A stretch of 64,000 nucleotides of DNA from an uncultured Gammaproteobacteria bacterium (GTDB taxonomy: Bacteria; Pseudomonadota; Gammaproteobacteria; DRLM01). The position numbers were made by a program, and so were the translations under genes. Below are positions 44,454 through 55,913 of this stretch, piece by piece; the stretch's first letter is position 1; each line of letters starts with the position of its first letter. The stretch lies in NCBI GenBank assembly GCA_963729605.1, contig CAVSNY010000007.1:224001-288000 (forward strand), given 5' to 3'. The notes below the pieces were generated by a model, which was given only the letters and a program-made list of their open reading frames with translations, did not search any database and was not told the origin of the DNA.

Positions 44454-45284
44454 TCATTTTTGTCCCCGCTCCGCGCCCAGCGCCGCGACGATCTCGTTCA
44501 CCAGCGGTTTCATGAAGAAACTCTCCTCGGGCATCATGTCGATGCGGGCGCCGATGTTCCGCAAGGCCTCGGCGACGACGGGACCGACCGCGGCGACTTT
44601 GACGCGCGCCAGGCCGTTTTTGAGCTTGTCTTCAAGCTGATTGGCCTTGGCGACATCCTTGAGGCGAGTGACCTGTTGCATGCTGGTAAAGGCGATGACG
44701 TCGATCCCGCCCGACGCCAGCTGTTCGATCAACGCGACGACTTTGCCGGCGTCGGCCTGGTCGGCGTAGATGTAGGGCGCGACCGGATCGGGCGCGGCGC
44801 CGGCCTGCCTGATGACATCGATGAGCTTGAGACTGGGTTCGCTGCCATAGAGCTGCACGCCGATGCGGCGGCGGTGGAGATCGAGTTTGGCGAGCGCGGC
44901 GATGATGCCGTCGGTGGTGGGTTCCTCGGCGGCGAGATCGCTGCGCAAGCCGATGTCGCGCAGGGCCTTGGCCGGTTTGGGGCCGCGCGTGAGTTTGCGA
45001 ACCTCGCCGAGCCGATCAATGAACGCCTGTTTGAGGCCCGCCCGGTCGGCGAAACCGAGCAGGCGGCGCAGGCCCTCGCCGGTGAACAGAATCAAGTCAT
45101 CCATCTCACCATTGATGAAGCGCCGCAACCAAGCGAGTACCGGCGCGGGATCGGGGGCATCGAGGATGCTCACCAGCGGGCAGCGCAAGGTGGCGGCGCC
45201 GCGGCTTTCCAGCATCTGAGCGAAGAGGTCGAGTTCGCGGGTCTCCGGCAAGGCAATCATACGGCCGGTCAAGGGTAAGGACAT
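44454..45284 (-). CDS. Uroporphyrinogen-III synthase (HemD)-like protein
   Basis: LFTGEG, RGPKP, IAFTS, AAVGPV. Confidence 0.85.
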   Translation of the reverse strand: MSLPLTGRMIALPETRELDLFAQMLESRGAATLRCPLVSILDAPDPAPVLAWLRRFINGEMDDLILFTGEGLRRLLGFADRAGLKQAFIDRLGEVRKLTRGPKPAKALRDIGLRSDLAAEEPTTDGIIAALAKLDLHRRRIGVQLYGSEPSLKLIDVIRQAGAAPDPVAPYIYADQADAGKVVALIEQLASGGIDVIAFTSMQQVTRLKDVAKANQLEDKLKNGLARVKVAAVGPVVAEALRNIGARIDMMPEESFFMKPLVNEIVAALGAERGQK

Positions 45285-45688
45285 CGTAAATCTCCTGCTG
45301 TACTCATTAAGAAAATAATAGATATTCCCGATAACCAGTTCGCACCCCGAGCTGGCGTGGTGAGGATTCGCGGTATGGATATATTAAGCTTCAATCTTGC
45401 GGTGAATGCCAGTTCGAAGTGCGGCGCGATTTACCGAACCCGAGTTTTTTGAAAAAGGATTAGGCTTGATGTTTATTAAGTCGCGCTTAAAGGAACCGCC
45501 AAGGACGCCGGCGGACGAGGTGGTGAATGCGGCGAGAGCCTGCGAATGCGTCGCCTAACGCCAATAAATAAAACACCTTCATGCCTCACGCTACCGATAC
45601 CTCCTGCTCCATTGATACACCGCATCCTGCGCGTTAGAAGACAAAGAAATGCCATGACTGAAACACATCGGTAACCAGAGGATGCTGT

Positions 45689-46195
45689 ATGTCGAGCGAA
45701 GGGGAAAGAAAGTTTATTTATACCCTTATTGTCTGGCTAGTAGGTCTTATGCTGGCAAATGCAGGGTGTAGTTACCTTTCAGCATTGGACTGGAGCATCC
45801 TGGCGAGTATTCCGGCGATCGAGTCATATGCCAAAGCGACTGCGCCCGCTTATATGTGCACGGCGCGGGGAGCGTGGACGTATGCTTGGCTGGTTGCGCC
45901 ATTTTTTTTGGGTTGGCTGGTCTACCTTGGCCATCGCGAGCCCAGGGGTAAGCGCACTCCGGGTCAAAAATATTGGGGGGTGCTCTTTTGGATTGGCATG
46001 CTTGCGTTGATTTTTATGAGCGCATTTTTTGGAATGTATGATCCTTATCCAGGGACAGATAAGGGGACATGGGCGTCGATGTATAGAGAGTCTGAGCTGG
46101 GCGTGCTTATTGCCACTGCATCTATATGGGTGGGAGGGTTTTCGGTATTTTTAATGAGTGCGATTTGGTTGACTGAGCTTCTGAAGCTCAAATAG
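45689..46195 (+). CDS. Hypothetical membrane protein of visibly lower GC
   Basis: 168-aa ORF with about 4 hydrophobic segments, a GAGG RBS and atypical codon usage. Confidence 0.6.
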   Translation: MSSEGERKFIYTLIVWLVGLMLANAGCSYLSALDWSILASIPAIESYAKATAPAYMCTARGAWTYAWLVAPFFLGWLVYLGHREPRGKRTPGQKYWGVLFWIGMLALIFMSAFFGMYDPYPGTDKGTWASMYRESELGVLIATASIWVGGFSVFLMSAIWLTELLKLK

Positions 46196-46238
46196 CGAGC
46201 GCAGCACACGCTACTCGCTGAAGGCTTGTCCAGCCCGC

Positions 46239-46370
46239 GTAGGGCGCAATAACCGAAGGCATTGCGCCGCATGTGGGACAACCTTCACCATCGCCACGCG
46301 CATAACCCACCCATCAATCCCTGCCGTTTCCATCCTGGGCAATACGGCTATCGCCTATTTGACGCCCTAC
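46239..46370. repeat. GTAG-class REPIN (inverted REP doublet)
   Basis: GTAGGGCGCAATAACCGAAGGCATTGCGCC ... GGCAATACGGCTATCGCCTATTTGACGCCCTAC. Confidence 0.75.
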
Positions 46371-46665
46371 CAGTGCGCCTTACGCGCGTTGTGTTGCAGG
46401 CCGCAGCAGAATCCGGGACAAGGTGACGCCTCTTTGATTCTTAGCCAAGCAATCTCGCCAGAGAGGCGATTTTCCTGAGACGACGTTTTCTGCGACGACA
46501 CCGTATTTGAGAACCTTATGGAAACCGGCGCAATGTGGAGCGTTATGCACGCTTGCGCCTGACCATTTGGCGAGTGCGGTAAACAAGACACGTGATTAAA
46601 TGGGTGCCATCCGGAGGGATGGCGCTTTATTTATGGACTCAACAAATCTAATACCAATGAGCAAG

Positions 46666-46704
46666 TTGACACTGTCTATAAATAGTACCAAAATAGTCCC
46701 CATT
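46666..46704 (+). promoter_or_regulatory. Sigma70 promoter of the suf operon overlapped by a putative Rrf2-regulator operator
   Basis: TTGACA-17 bp-CAAAAT; imperfect palindrome AATAGTACCAAAATAGTCCCCATT overlapping the -10. Confidence 0.6.
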
Positions 46705-46724
46705 ACGGATTCGAGGTACATCAC

Positions 46725-47198
46725 GTGCTGCGCGTGGGAAAGTTAACCGATTACGGCACGGTCGTCATGACCTACCTGGCCCGTGACCCTCACGGCTTGC
46801 ACAGTGCCAACGAAATGGCCGCTGAGCTGGGCCTGGCCTTGCCCACGGTCAGCAAAATTCTTAAGGCCTTGGTGCAAAACGGTCTTTTGGTCTCCCACCG
46901 CGGGGTCAAGGGCGGTTACAGCCTGGCCCTGGCGCCGGAAGAGATTTCGGTGGCGCAAATCATCGCCGCCATCGAGGGGCCGATCGCGCTCACCGAGTGC
47001 AGCGATGCGGCGGGGGAGTGTGAGCAGGAGCCGCTGTGTTCGGTGCGGACCAATTGGCAACGGATCAATCGCGCGGTACGCGACGCCCTGGAGCAAGTCT
47101 CCCTGGCGGAATTGGCGCGGCCCGCCCAACAACCCGTGCGCTTCGTGGCGCCGGGGACGCTGCCCGGCCGGGTGGCGCGCGAGATAGACGGAGTTTAG
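46725..47198 (+). CDS. SUF system Fe-S cluster assembly regulator (Rrf2 family)
   Basis: [39 protein letters not shown]...C. Confidence 0.9.
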   Translation: MLRVGKLTDYGTVVMTYLARDPHGLHSANEMAAELGLALPTVSKILKALVQNGLLVSHRGVKGGYSLALAPEEISVAQIIAAIEGPIALTECSDAAGECEQEPLCSVRTNWQRINRAVRDALEQVSLAELARPAQQPVRFVAPGTLPGRVAREIDGV

Positions 47199-47200
47199 TT

Positions 47201-48643
<1,443 letters not shown>

Positions 48644-48728
48644 TTATTCTTAACCACGGGAAACGCGGAGGCGGCTGGTTGTCGGTCCACTTGGCGAGTC
48701 CCGTGACATCAATCATGGAATTCGAGTT

Positions 48729-49484
48729 ATGTTGAGCATCAAGAATCTTAAGGTGAACGTGGACGGCAAGGCCATCCTCAAGGGCATCGATCTCGAGATC
48801 AAGGCCGGTGAGGTGCACGCCATCATGGGGCCGAACGGTTCCGGCAAATCCACCCTCGCCAATGTGCTGGCCGGTCGCGAAGGGTATGACGTCACCGACG
48901 GCGAGGTGATTTATCAAGGCCGGAATCTGCTCGAGCTGGCGCCGGAACAACGGGCGCGCGCGGGGGTATTCCTCGCCTTTCAATATCCGGTGGAAATCCC
49001 CGGCGTGAGCAACGTCTATCTGCTCAAGGCCGCGGTCAACGCGGTGCGCAAACACCGCGGCGTGGACGAACTCGACGCCATGGATTTCCTCACGCTGGTG
49101 CGCGAGAAAATGAAACTGGTGAAAATGGACGAACAATTTCTTTACCGCGCCGTCAACGAAGGTTTTTCCGGCGGCGAGAAGAAACGCAATGAGATTTTGC
49201 AAATGGCCTTGCTGGAACCGGCGCTGAGCATCCTCGACGAGACCGACTCAGGCCTCGACATCGACGCGCTGAAAATCGTTTCCGACGGCGTGAATGCTCT
49301 GCGCAGTAAAGATCGCGCCTTCGTGCTGGTGACGCATTATCAGCGGCTCCTGGACTACGTGGTGCCCGACCAGGTGCACGTGCTGGCGCATGGCCGCATC
49401 GTCAAATCCGGCGACCGCGGCCTGGCCCTGGAGCTCGAGCAAAAGGGTTACGGTTGGATCGAAACCCAAGCGGCCGCCGTGTAA
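48729..49484 (+). CDS. sufC: Fe-S cluster assembly ATPase SufC
   Basis: GPNGSGKST, FLAFQYPVEIPG, FSGGEKKRNE, LDETDSGLD. Confidence 0.97.
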   Translation: MLSIKNLKVNVDGKAILKGIDLEIKAGEVHAIMGPNGSGKSTLANVLAGREGYDVTDGEVIYQGRNLLELAPEQRARAGVFLAFQYPVEIPGVSNVYLLKAAVNAVRKHRGVDELDAMDFLTLVREKMKLVKMDEQFLYRAVNEGFSGGEKKRNEILQMALLEPALSILDETDSGLDIDALKIVSDGVNALRSKDRAFVLVTHYQRLLDYVVPDQVHVLAHGRIVKSGDRGLALELEQKGYGWIETQAAAV

Positions 49485-49502
49485 GCCGCCCAGGTCAATG
49501 AA

Positions 49503-50846
49503 ATGAATGCCGTCATGCAAGCCCATCATCATTATGCCGCCGAATTCGAGCGGGTCGAATCCGCCTTGGCGGGCGCCGCCTCGCCTTGGCTGCGCGAATT
49601 GCGCCGCAACGCCTTGGCCGTCTTCGTCGAGCGGGGTTTTCCCAGCGCCCGCGACGAGGATTGGAAATACACCCGCACCGCGGCCATCGAGAAACGCGCC
49701 TTCAATTGCGGTCCCGCGGCCACCGCGCCGCTGAATGCACAGCGTCTTCAGCAGGTGTTGCACACGGAATTCGCCGCCCACCGCATCGTCATCGTCGACG
49801 GCCGTTACCGCCCGGAATGGTCGCAACTCGACGGCCTGCCCGCCGGAGTGCGCGTCACCGCCTTGGCCGAGGCCTTGAGCGACGAGTCCTCCGGTGTGCG
49901 CACCGCGCTGGGCAAGGCGGTGAATATCCAGCGCCATCCCTTCGCCGCGCTCAATACCGCGTTCATCGATGACGGCGTCTTCATCGCTTTACAAAAAGGC
50001 ACGGTGCTCGATCAGCCCGTGCAGATCGTGTTCGTCGCCAGCGCGGCGCAAGGCGGTCACGCCACCCATCCCCGCGTGGTGGTGGCGGCGGGCGAGCACA
50101 GCCGGGCCACGTTCATCGAACGCTTCGTTGCCTTGGACGAGGCGGTGTATTTCACCAATGCCGTCACCGAGGTGGTGTTGAGCGACAATGCCCATGTCGA
50201 ACTCTGCCGTTTGCAAGAGGAAAGCGCCAAGGCCTTTCATATTTCCGGCGTGTTCGTGACGCAGGGCCGCGCCAGCCGCTTCACCTCGCACGCCATCTCG
50301 CTGGGCGCCTTGCTGGCGCGCGACGATATCGACGTGCAATTGGCGGCGCCTGGCGTGGAATGCAACTTGAACGGTTTGTACATGGCCGGCGGCCGCCAGC
50401 ATGTGGACACCCACAGTCGCGTCGATCATTTGCAGCCGCACGGCACCAGCAATGAATTTTACAAAGGCGTGCTCGACGGCCACGGCCGCGGGATATTCAA
50501 CGGCAAGGTGATCGTCCATCCCGACGCGCAGAAGACCGACGCGCGGCAGCGCAACCAGAATTTATTATTGTCCGACGACGCGGAAGCCGACACCAAGCCC
50601 GAACTGGAAATCTACGCCGACGACGTCAAATGCGCGCACGGCGCCACGGTCGGCCAGCTGGACGCCGACTCGGTGTTTTATCTGCGCTCGCGCGGTATGG
50701 ACGAGACGGCGGCGCGTAGCCTGCTGACCTACGCCTTCGCCAGCGAGATCATCGACCGCGTGCAGCTGCCGGCGATCCGCGCCTATCTGCGGCAAGCGGT
50801 GATCGCCCGCCTCCCCGGCGGGCCCGCCATCGAGGAATTTTTATGA
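49503..50846 (+). CDS. sufD: Fe-S cluster assembly protein SufD
   Basis: EDWKYT, KPELEIYADDVKCAHGATVG, FYLRSRG. Confidence 0.96.
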   Translation: MNAVMQAHHHYAAEFERVESALAGAASPWLRELRRNALAVFVERGFPSARDEDWKYTRTAAIEKRAFNCGPAATAPLNAQRLQQVLHTEFAAHRIVIVDGRYRPEWSQLDGLPAGVRVTALAEALSDESSGVRTALGKAVNIQRHPFAALNTAFIDDGVFIALQKGTVLDQPVQIVFVASAAQGGHATHPRVVVAAGEHSRATFIERFVALDEAVYFTNAVTEVVLSDNAHVELCRLQEESAKAFHISGVFVTQGRASRFTSHAISLGALLARDDIDVQLAAPGVECNLNGLYMAGGRQHVDTHSRVDHLQPHGTSNEFYKGVLDGHGRGIFNGKVIVHPDAQKTDARQRNQNLLLSDDAEADTKPELEIYADDVKCAHGATVGQLDADSVFYLRSRGMDETAARSLLTYAFASEIIDRVQLPAIRAYLRQAVIARLPGGPAIEEFL

Positions 50847-52102
50847 GCAGTCCCAAGGAACGGATCGAGATCACGGCGCCGGCCGGCCTGGACGCGGCGC
50901 GCCTGCGTGCCGATTTTCCGATCTTGAATCAAACCGTGCACGGGCGGCCGCTGGTGTATCTCGACAACGCCGCCACCACGCAAAAACCGCGGCAGGTGAT
51001 TGAAGCGATCGAGCATTATTACAGCGCCGACAACGCCAATATTCATCGCGGCGTGCATACCCTGAGTCAGCGCGCCACCGACGCGTACGAGGGCGCGCGC
51101 GAAAAGGTCCGGCGTTTCATCAACGCCGCCGATCTGCGCGAGATCGTCTTCGTGCGCGGCGCCACCGAGGGCATCAACCTGGTGGCGCAGAGTTACGGCC
51201 GCAATCGTTTTAAAGCCGGCGATGAAATTCTCATCAGCGCCATGGAGCATCATTCCAATATCGTGCCCTGGCAGATGTTGTGCGAGCAGACCGGCGCGTT
51301 GTTGAAGGTCGCGCCCATCAACGACGCGGGCGAACTGATCCTCGACGAGTTTCACAAGCTGCTGTCGCCGCGCACCAAGCTGGTGGGTATGGTGCATATC
51401 TCCAACGCCCTCGGCACCGTCAATCCGGTGCAAGAGATCATCGCCGCCGCCCACGCGGTGGGCGCGGTGGTGCTGCTGGACGGCGCTCAGGCCGTCGCCC
51501 ACGCCGCGGTGGACGTGCGGGCCTTGAATTGCGATTTCTACGTGTTTTCCAGCCATAAACTCTACGGCCCCACCGGCAGCGGCGTGTTGTACGGCAAACG
51601 CGAATTGCTGGAGGCCATGCCGCCTTATCAGGGCGGCGGCGACATGATCCGCATGGTCAGCTTCGCGAAGACCGAATACAACAGCCTGCCCTACAAATTC
51701 GAGGCGGGCACGCCGCACATCGCCGGCGGCATCGGTCTCGGCGCGGCCGTCGATTACGTGACGGCCGTCGGTTTGGACGCCATCGCCCAGTACGAAGACC
51801 ATTTGCTGCGCTACGCCACCGAACAGGCCTTGCAGGTTCCCGGTCTGCGCCTGATCGGCACGGCGCGCGACAAGGCGGCGATTTTGTCCTTCGTCCTGGG
51901 GCGTATCCATCCCCACGACATCGGCACCATACTGGACCACGAAGGCGTGGCGATCCGTACCGGCCATCACTGCGCCATGCCGGTGATGGACTATTTCAAT
52001 GTGCCGGCGACCGCCCGCGCGTCGTTTGCCTTGTACAACACCCGCGCCGACGTCGATCGCCTCATCGCGGCCCTGCACAAAGTGAACGAGGTATTCGGCT
52101 GA
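50843..52102 (+). CDS. sufS: Cysteine desulfurase SufS
   Basis: YLDNAATTQKP, SSHKLYGPTG, RTGHHCA. Confidence 0.96.
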   Translation: MSSPKERIEITAPAGLDAARLRADFPILNQTVHGRPLVYLDNAATTQKPRQVIEAIEHYYSADNANIHRGVHTLSQRATDAYEGAREKVRRFINAADLREIVFVRGATEGINLVAQSYGRNRFKAGDEILISAMEHHSNIVPWQMLCEQTGALLKVAPINDAGELILDEFHKLLSPRTKLVGMVHISNALGTVNPVQEIIAAAHAVGAVVLLDGAQAVAHAAVDVRALNCDFYVFSSHKLYGPTGSGVLYGKRELLEAMPPYQGGGDMIRMVSFAKTEYNSLPYKFEAGTPHIAGGIGLGAAVDYVTAVGLDAIAQYEDHLLRYATEQALQVPGLRLIGTARDKAAILSFVLGRIHPHDIGTILDHEGVAIRTGHHCAMPVMDYFNVPATARASFALYNTRADVDRLIAALHKVNEVFG

Positions 52103-52551
52103 TGTCCGACCTCCGCGACCTTTATCAAGAGGTGATCTTCGATCACAACCGCCACCCCCGCAATTTCGGCAAGCTGGAGGGCGCCAATCGTCACGCGGTG
52201 GGACACAATCCTCTGTGCGGCGATAGACTGACTTTGTATCTCAAGGTGGAAAACGATCTCATCAGCGACGTGCGTTTCGAAGGCATGGGCTGCGCCATCT
52301 CCACCGCCTCCGCCTCGCTGATGACCGAACGTTTGAAAGGTATGAACGTGGTGGACGCCGAGGCCTTGTTCGGGCGGTTTCACGACCTGCTGACCAACGC
52401 CGCTACCGACGACGACACCGCGTCCCTCGGCAAACTCACGGTGCTGCTCGGCGTGCGCGAGTATCCCGCGCGCGTCAAGTGCGCGACCTTGGCCTGGCAT
52501 ACCCTGCACGCGGCGCTCGCCAATCAAGATCACGCGGTGACGACGGAATAA
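52102..52551 (+). CDS. sufU: SUF system NifU-like protein SufU
   Basis: NPLCGD, GCAISTASAS, RVKCATLAWH. Confidence 0.94.
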   Translation: MSDLRDLYQEVIFDHNRHPRNFGKLEGANRHAVGHNPLCGDRLTLYLKVENDLISDVRFEGMGCAISTASASLMTERLKGMNVVDAEALFGRFHDLLTNAATDDDTASLGKLTVLLGVREYPARVKCATLAWHTLHAALANQDHAVTTE

Positions 52552-52553
52552 CC

Positions 52554-53105
52554 ATGCGCAGCAATGAAATCGTATCCTTGACCCGCGATTGCGAAGCGGT
52601 GCTGATCCCCGCCGGGACGCAGGTGACCCTGCCCGCCGGCCAGCAGGTCACAATCACCCAGGCCTTGGGCGGCAGTTACACCTGTTACGTCGAAGGCAGC
52701 CTGGTGCGCATCGACAGCAAAGACGCCGACGCGCTCGGCAAGTCCTTACAAGAAACCTCCGCCGATTCCGCCGAGCTCACCGGCGACGGCACGGTGGATG
52801 AAAAACTGGTGTGGGATCAGCTCGCCACGTGTTATGACCCGGAGATACCCATCAACATCGTCGAACTGGGTTTGATCTACGAATGCGATATCGTGCCGCT
52901 GCCGGAAGGTGGTAATCGCATCGACATCAAGATGACCCTCACCGCGCCGGGCTGCGGCATGGGCTCGATACTGCAAGCCGACGTGGCCAGCAAAGTGAAA
53001 AGCGTGCCCAACGTCACCGACGTCAACGTCGAGCTGGTGTTCGAGCCGCAATGGGATCAGAGCCGCATGACCGAGGCCGCGCGTTTGCAGGCCGGATTGT
53101 TTTAA
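52554..53105 (+). CDS. sufT: Fe-S assembly protein SufT (DUF59)
   Basis: ITQALGGSYT, YDPEIPINIVELGLIY, MTLTAPGCGMG. Confidence 0.92.
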   Translation: MRSNEIVSLTRDCEAVLIPAGTQVTLPAGQQVTITQALGGSYTCYVEGSLVRIDSKDADALGKSLQETSADSAELTGDGTVDEKLVWDQLATCYDPEIPINIVELGLIYECDIVPLPEGGNRIDIKMTLTAPGCGMGSILQADVASKVKSVPNVTDVNVELVFEPQWDQSRMTEAARLQAGLF

Positions 53106-53119
53106 CGAGGCGGGTTGCG

Positions 53120-53440
53120 ATGTCGGATTGGGTAACGGTCGCCGCAGTGGCCGAGTTGACGCCGGGGACGCGGCGCATCATCGACGTGGACGACGTGCAG
53201 ATCGCCGTGTTCAATTTGAACGGCGAGTTTTACGCCATCGAAGACGTCTGCACCCACGATTACGCGCCGCTGGCCGACGCGAAGCTGGAAGGCGATGAAA
53301 TCATCTGTCCCCGCCACGGCGCGCGGTTTTGCATCAAGACCGGCGCCGTCACCGCGCCCCCCGCTTACGAAGCGGTCACCACCTTTCCGGTGCGCATCCA
53401 TGAAGGCATGGTGCAGGTCCGCGATCCGCGCTGGGATTGA
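53120..53440 (+). CDS. Rieske-type [2Fe-2S] ferredoxin
   Basis: CTHD...CPRHGARF. Confidence 0.92.
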   Translation: MSDWVTVAAVAELTPGTRRIIDVDDVQIAVFNLNGEFYAIEDVCTHDYAPLADAKLEGDEIICPRHGARFCIKTGAVTAPPAYEAVTTFPVRIHEGMVQVRDPRWD

Positions 53441-53771
53441 ACACGCGGCCGCGCGCCGCATATTGCCTTCCCGTTTGAGGAAACTAACCGGGCGTATTCC
53501 CTCGCTTCCTCATCCATCCGTACGTTGCAGCCATCATGTTTGCGTGGAACGTCATTTGCGTTCGCGGATGATTGATTCGGTGTAAGTCTCGAAGCGTTGT
53601 CGTCGTGACGGCGCAAGACCGGTTTCGGGCGAGACGCCGCCCGGCGCGCGGTGTTGGTGACTTGGGCATGGAGGCGGCGGGATGGCGTGCGGGCAGCACG
53701 AACCTCTCCACTGCGGCGCCGGCGGCGGGAATTTGAAATCAACACCGTTATGCCTCGGCACAAAAATAAAT

Positions 53772-53893
53772 GCAGGGTGGGTTAGGCCGAAGGCCGTAAC
53801 CCGCCAAACGCCGCGTAGCGATTCATCAATCAATCCCCTTAAGGAGCGCCTGACGGCGCAGTTGGTGGGTCACGCTGCGCTAACCCACCCTAC
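53772..53893. repeat. GTAG-class REPIN
   Basis: GCAGGGTGGGTTAGGCCGAAGGCCGTAACCCGCC ... GGTGGGTCACGCTGCGCTAACCCACCCTAC; sister copy at 55246-55364. Confidence 0.75.
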
Positions 53894-53977
53894 ATGGATT
53901 TTAAAAAGCGGGTGCGTTGTGCCCTGTGCACTCATCCCGTTTGAGTAGTGCAGACCAGCCCCGCCACGCGAGACCGC

Positions 53978-54628
53978 TCACCCCGCATTCAATTGCCGGC
54001 CCAGTGCCAAGGTATAAATGAGGATGGCTGGGGTTTGGCAGATCAGAATCAGAAATTCGTAGGCGGCCTTTTCCAAATCCTCCATTTCGAAGCGGGTGTT
54101 GCCCCAGGCGCCGAGGCGGTCGGCGGCGGCGAGGGCGAGGCGATGGCCGGCGTAGATCCACAACAGGATCATCCCCGCCGCCGGCCAGCCCGGAAATAAG
54201 TCGGCGGCTTGGCCGGTGGCGCCGATGAGCCAATAAAACAACAGACCCGCCGCGGTGATGCCTTGCGCCGGCAGGATCAGGCCGGGCAGGGCGCCGATGA
54301 CCGGCAGCAGGGGCAGCAGCAGGCTCAATAGGAACAGCAGATTGATTAAATGGCTGAGACGATGTTCACCGCCGGCGAGCAGGTCCGGCAACGGCGGGGC
54401 CCCGGTCACGCCGTACAGCACCGGGTAGGCTATGGCGATGAAGGCCAATATCAGCGCGGCCCGCGCCAGCGGCAGATAGACATGTTCACTGAGCCAGCCG
54501 GTGACCGGGTGGTGATGCAGCCAGCCGTTCAAGCGAAACTCGGCCCACACCAGCGCGATGCTCAAGACGCCATACGCGAGCAGGGCCAGTTGCAGGGCGG
54601 GGTGGAATAAGACGGCGGTGAGCGACAT
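53978..54628 (-). CDS. Hypothetical membrane protein
   Basis: 216 aa with multiple hydrophobic helices and host-like codon usage. Confidence 0.7.
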   Translation of the reverse strand: MSLTAVLFHPALQLALLAYGVLSIALVWAEFRLNGWLHHHPVTGWLSEHVYLPLARAALILAFIAIAYPVLYGVTGAPPLPDLLAGGEHRLSHLINLLFLLSLLLPLLPVIGALPGLILPAQGITAAGLLFYWLIGATGQAADLFPGWPAAGMILLWIYAGHRLALAAADRLGAWGNTRFEMEDLEKAAYEFLILICQTPAILIYTLALGRQLNAG

Positions 54629-54750
54629 GCAGCTTAGTGTGCCAGGCCGGATGACGGGGTGTCATATCGGGCGGGTGTTGTGCGGTGAGGCTGGTATCTT
54701 GCCGCGGGGCGCGTTATTGTTTTGGTTCATCGCGGATTTACGGAGGGGAC

Positions 54751-55215
54751 GTGGCACGTTGGGGCATCACATTGTGCGCGGCACTGTGGTTGCTGACCGC
54801 CTGCGCCGTGGACTCGGTCAAGACCCAGTACGAGGGCGACGCCCCGCTGCGGACCTATAAGACCTTCGATTGGATGGCCTCCGAGAAACAGGAGGTGTCG
54901 GTGGACGACATGGCCGCGTTCCGGCTCGATGCGGCGATCCGCGACAGCCTGCACCGGGAATTGACCGCCCGCGCTTATAAATATCAAACCCTGGGGTCGC
55001 CGGATTTTTTCGTGAGCTACCGCTTGAGCGCAGCGGAGGCCGACGCTGCCAGGACCTTGGAAGTGGAAATCCACGACGGCCGGACCCGGCGTTTGGTCTG
55101 GCGCGGCTGGCTGGCGCAGGCCATTCCCGTCAAGTTAGACGAGCCGGATTTTTCCATGAACGCCCACGTCGGAACGGTGGTCCGGCAAATCCTCTATCAT
55201 TTCCCGCCTCGTTGA
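54751..55215 (+). CDS. DUF4136-like lipoprotein
   Basis: LTAC lipobox, YKTFDW, PDFFVSY, RLVWRG, ILYHFPP. Confidence 0.75.
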   Translation: MARWGITLCAALWLLTACAVDSVKTQYEGDAPLRTYKTFDWMASEKQEVSVDDMAAFRLDAAIRDSLHRELTARAYKYQTLGSPDFFVSYRLSAAEADAARTLEVEIHDGRTRRLVWRGWLAQAIPVKLDEPDFSMNAHVGTVVRQILYHFPPR

Positions 55216-55245
55216 AGCGGGCGGATCTTCGTTCTAAAAATAAAG

Positions 55246-55364
55246 GGAGGGTGGGTTAGGCCGCAGGCCGTAATCCGCCGCAGGCCGCGCAGCGACTTAT
55301 CAATCCCCAATAAGGGAGCGCGTTATGGCGCGGTTGGCGGGCCGCGTTGCCCTCACCCGCCCAC
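55246..55364. repeat. GTAG-class REPIN (degenerate sister of 53772-53893)
   Basis: Same REP arms, the same internal ATCAATCCCC..AAGG(G)AGCG segment, and the same AAAAATAAA and ATG.ATTTT flanks. Confidence 0.7.
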
Positions 55365-55502
55365 ATGAATTTTGTAAGATGCTGCCCGAATTGCCATGTC
55401 CATCTCTTGTGAGAGCGCCGTTTAAAAATAAAGGCACGTCCTTGTGCCGCCACCGCGAATCGTCCGTGATTCTCAAACGCTCGCTCAAAGTAACCGAACT
55501 TG

Positions 55503-55913
55503 TCAGCGCGCCCGTCCCCCGCGTTTGAGGGGCGCGTGGTATTCGAACAAAAACTCCGCTTCATCATGGCGGGTCGGCGGGATGGGTGATCCCACTTGCG
55601 CCAGGGTCTCCCGCCACACACCGGGTGCGGAGAATAAAGTCCGAGTCCGGCCGACGGCGCCGAGGTCGTCGGCGTTCCACAGAAAGGCGATGGGCGTCCA
55701 TACGCCCATTGCGCGGATGGCGCTAGCTAACTCCATGCTGCTCAGCGCCTTCGCCACGCCCTGGACGACGATCCAGTCGTAATCGGGTGAACCTATCCTT
55801 AGTTCAGCGAGGGCGCCGGCGCCATCCGCGCAATGGGTGATGGCGTGTCCATTGCCCGCATCACTGAAAAAACGCTCCAGATTGGCATCCTTGCCGACGA
55901 GCAGTATTTTCAC
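55503..55913 (-). CDS. Degenerate receiver-like (pseudo-REC) protein coupled to luxI
   Basis: MKILLV..., ADGAGAL, YDWIVVQ, ELASAIR, TPIAFL; its GTG start overlaps the luxI TGA stop. Confidence 0.6.
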   Translation of the reverse strand: MKILLVGKDANLERFFSDAGNGHAITHCADGAGALAELRIGSPDYDWIVVQGVAKALSSMELASAIRAMGVWTPIAFLWNADDLGAVGRTRTLFSAPGVWRETLAQVGSPIPPTRHDEAEFLFEYHAPLKRGGRAR

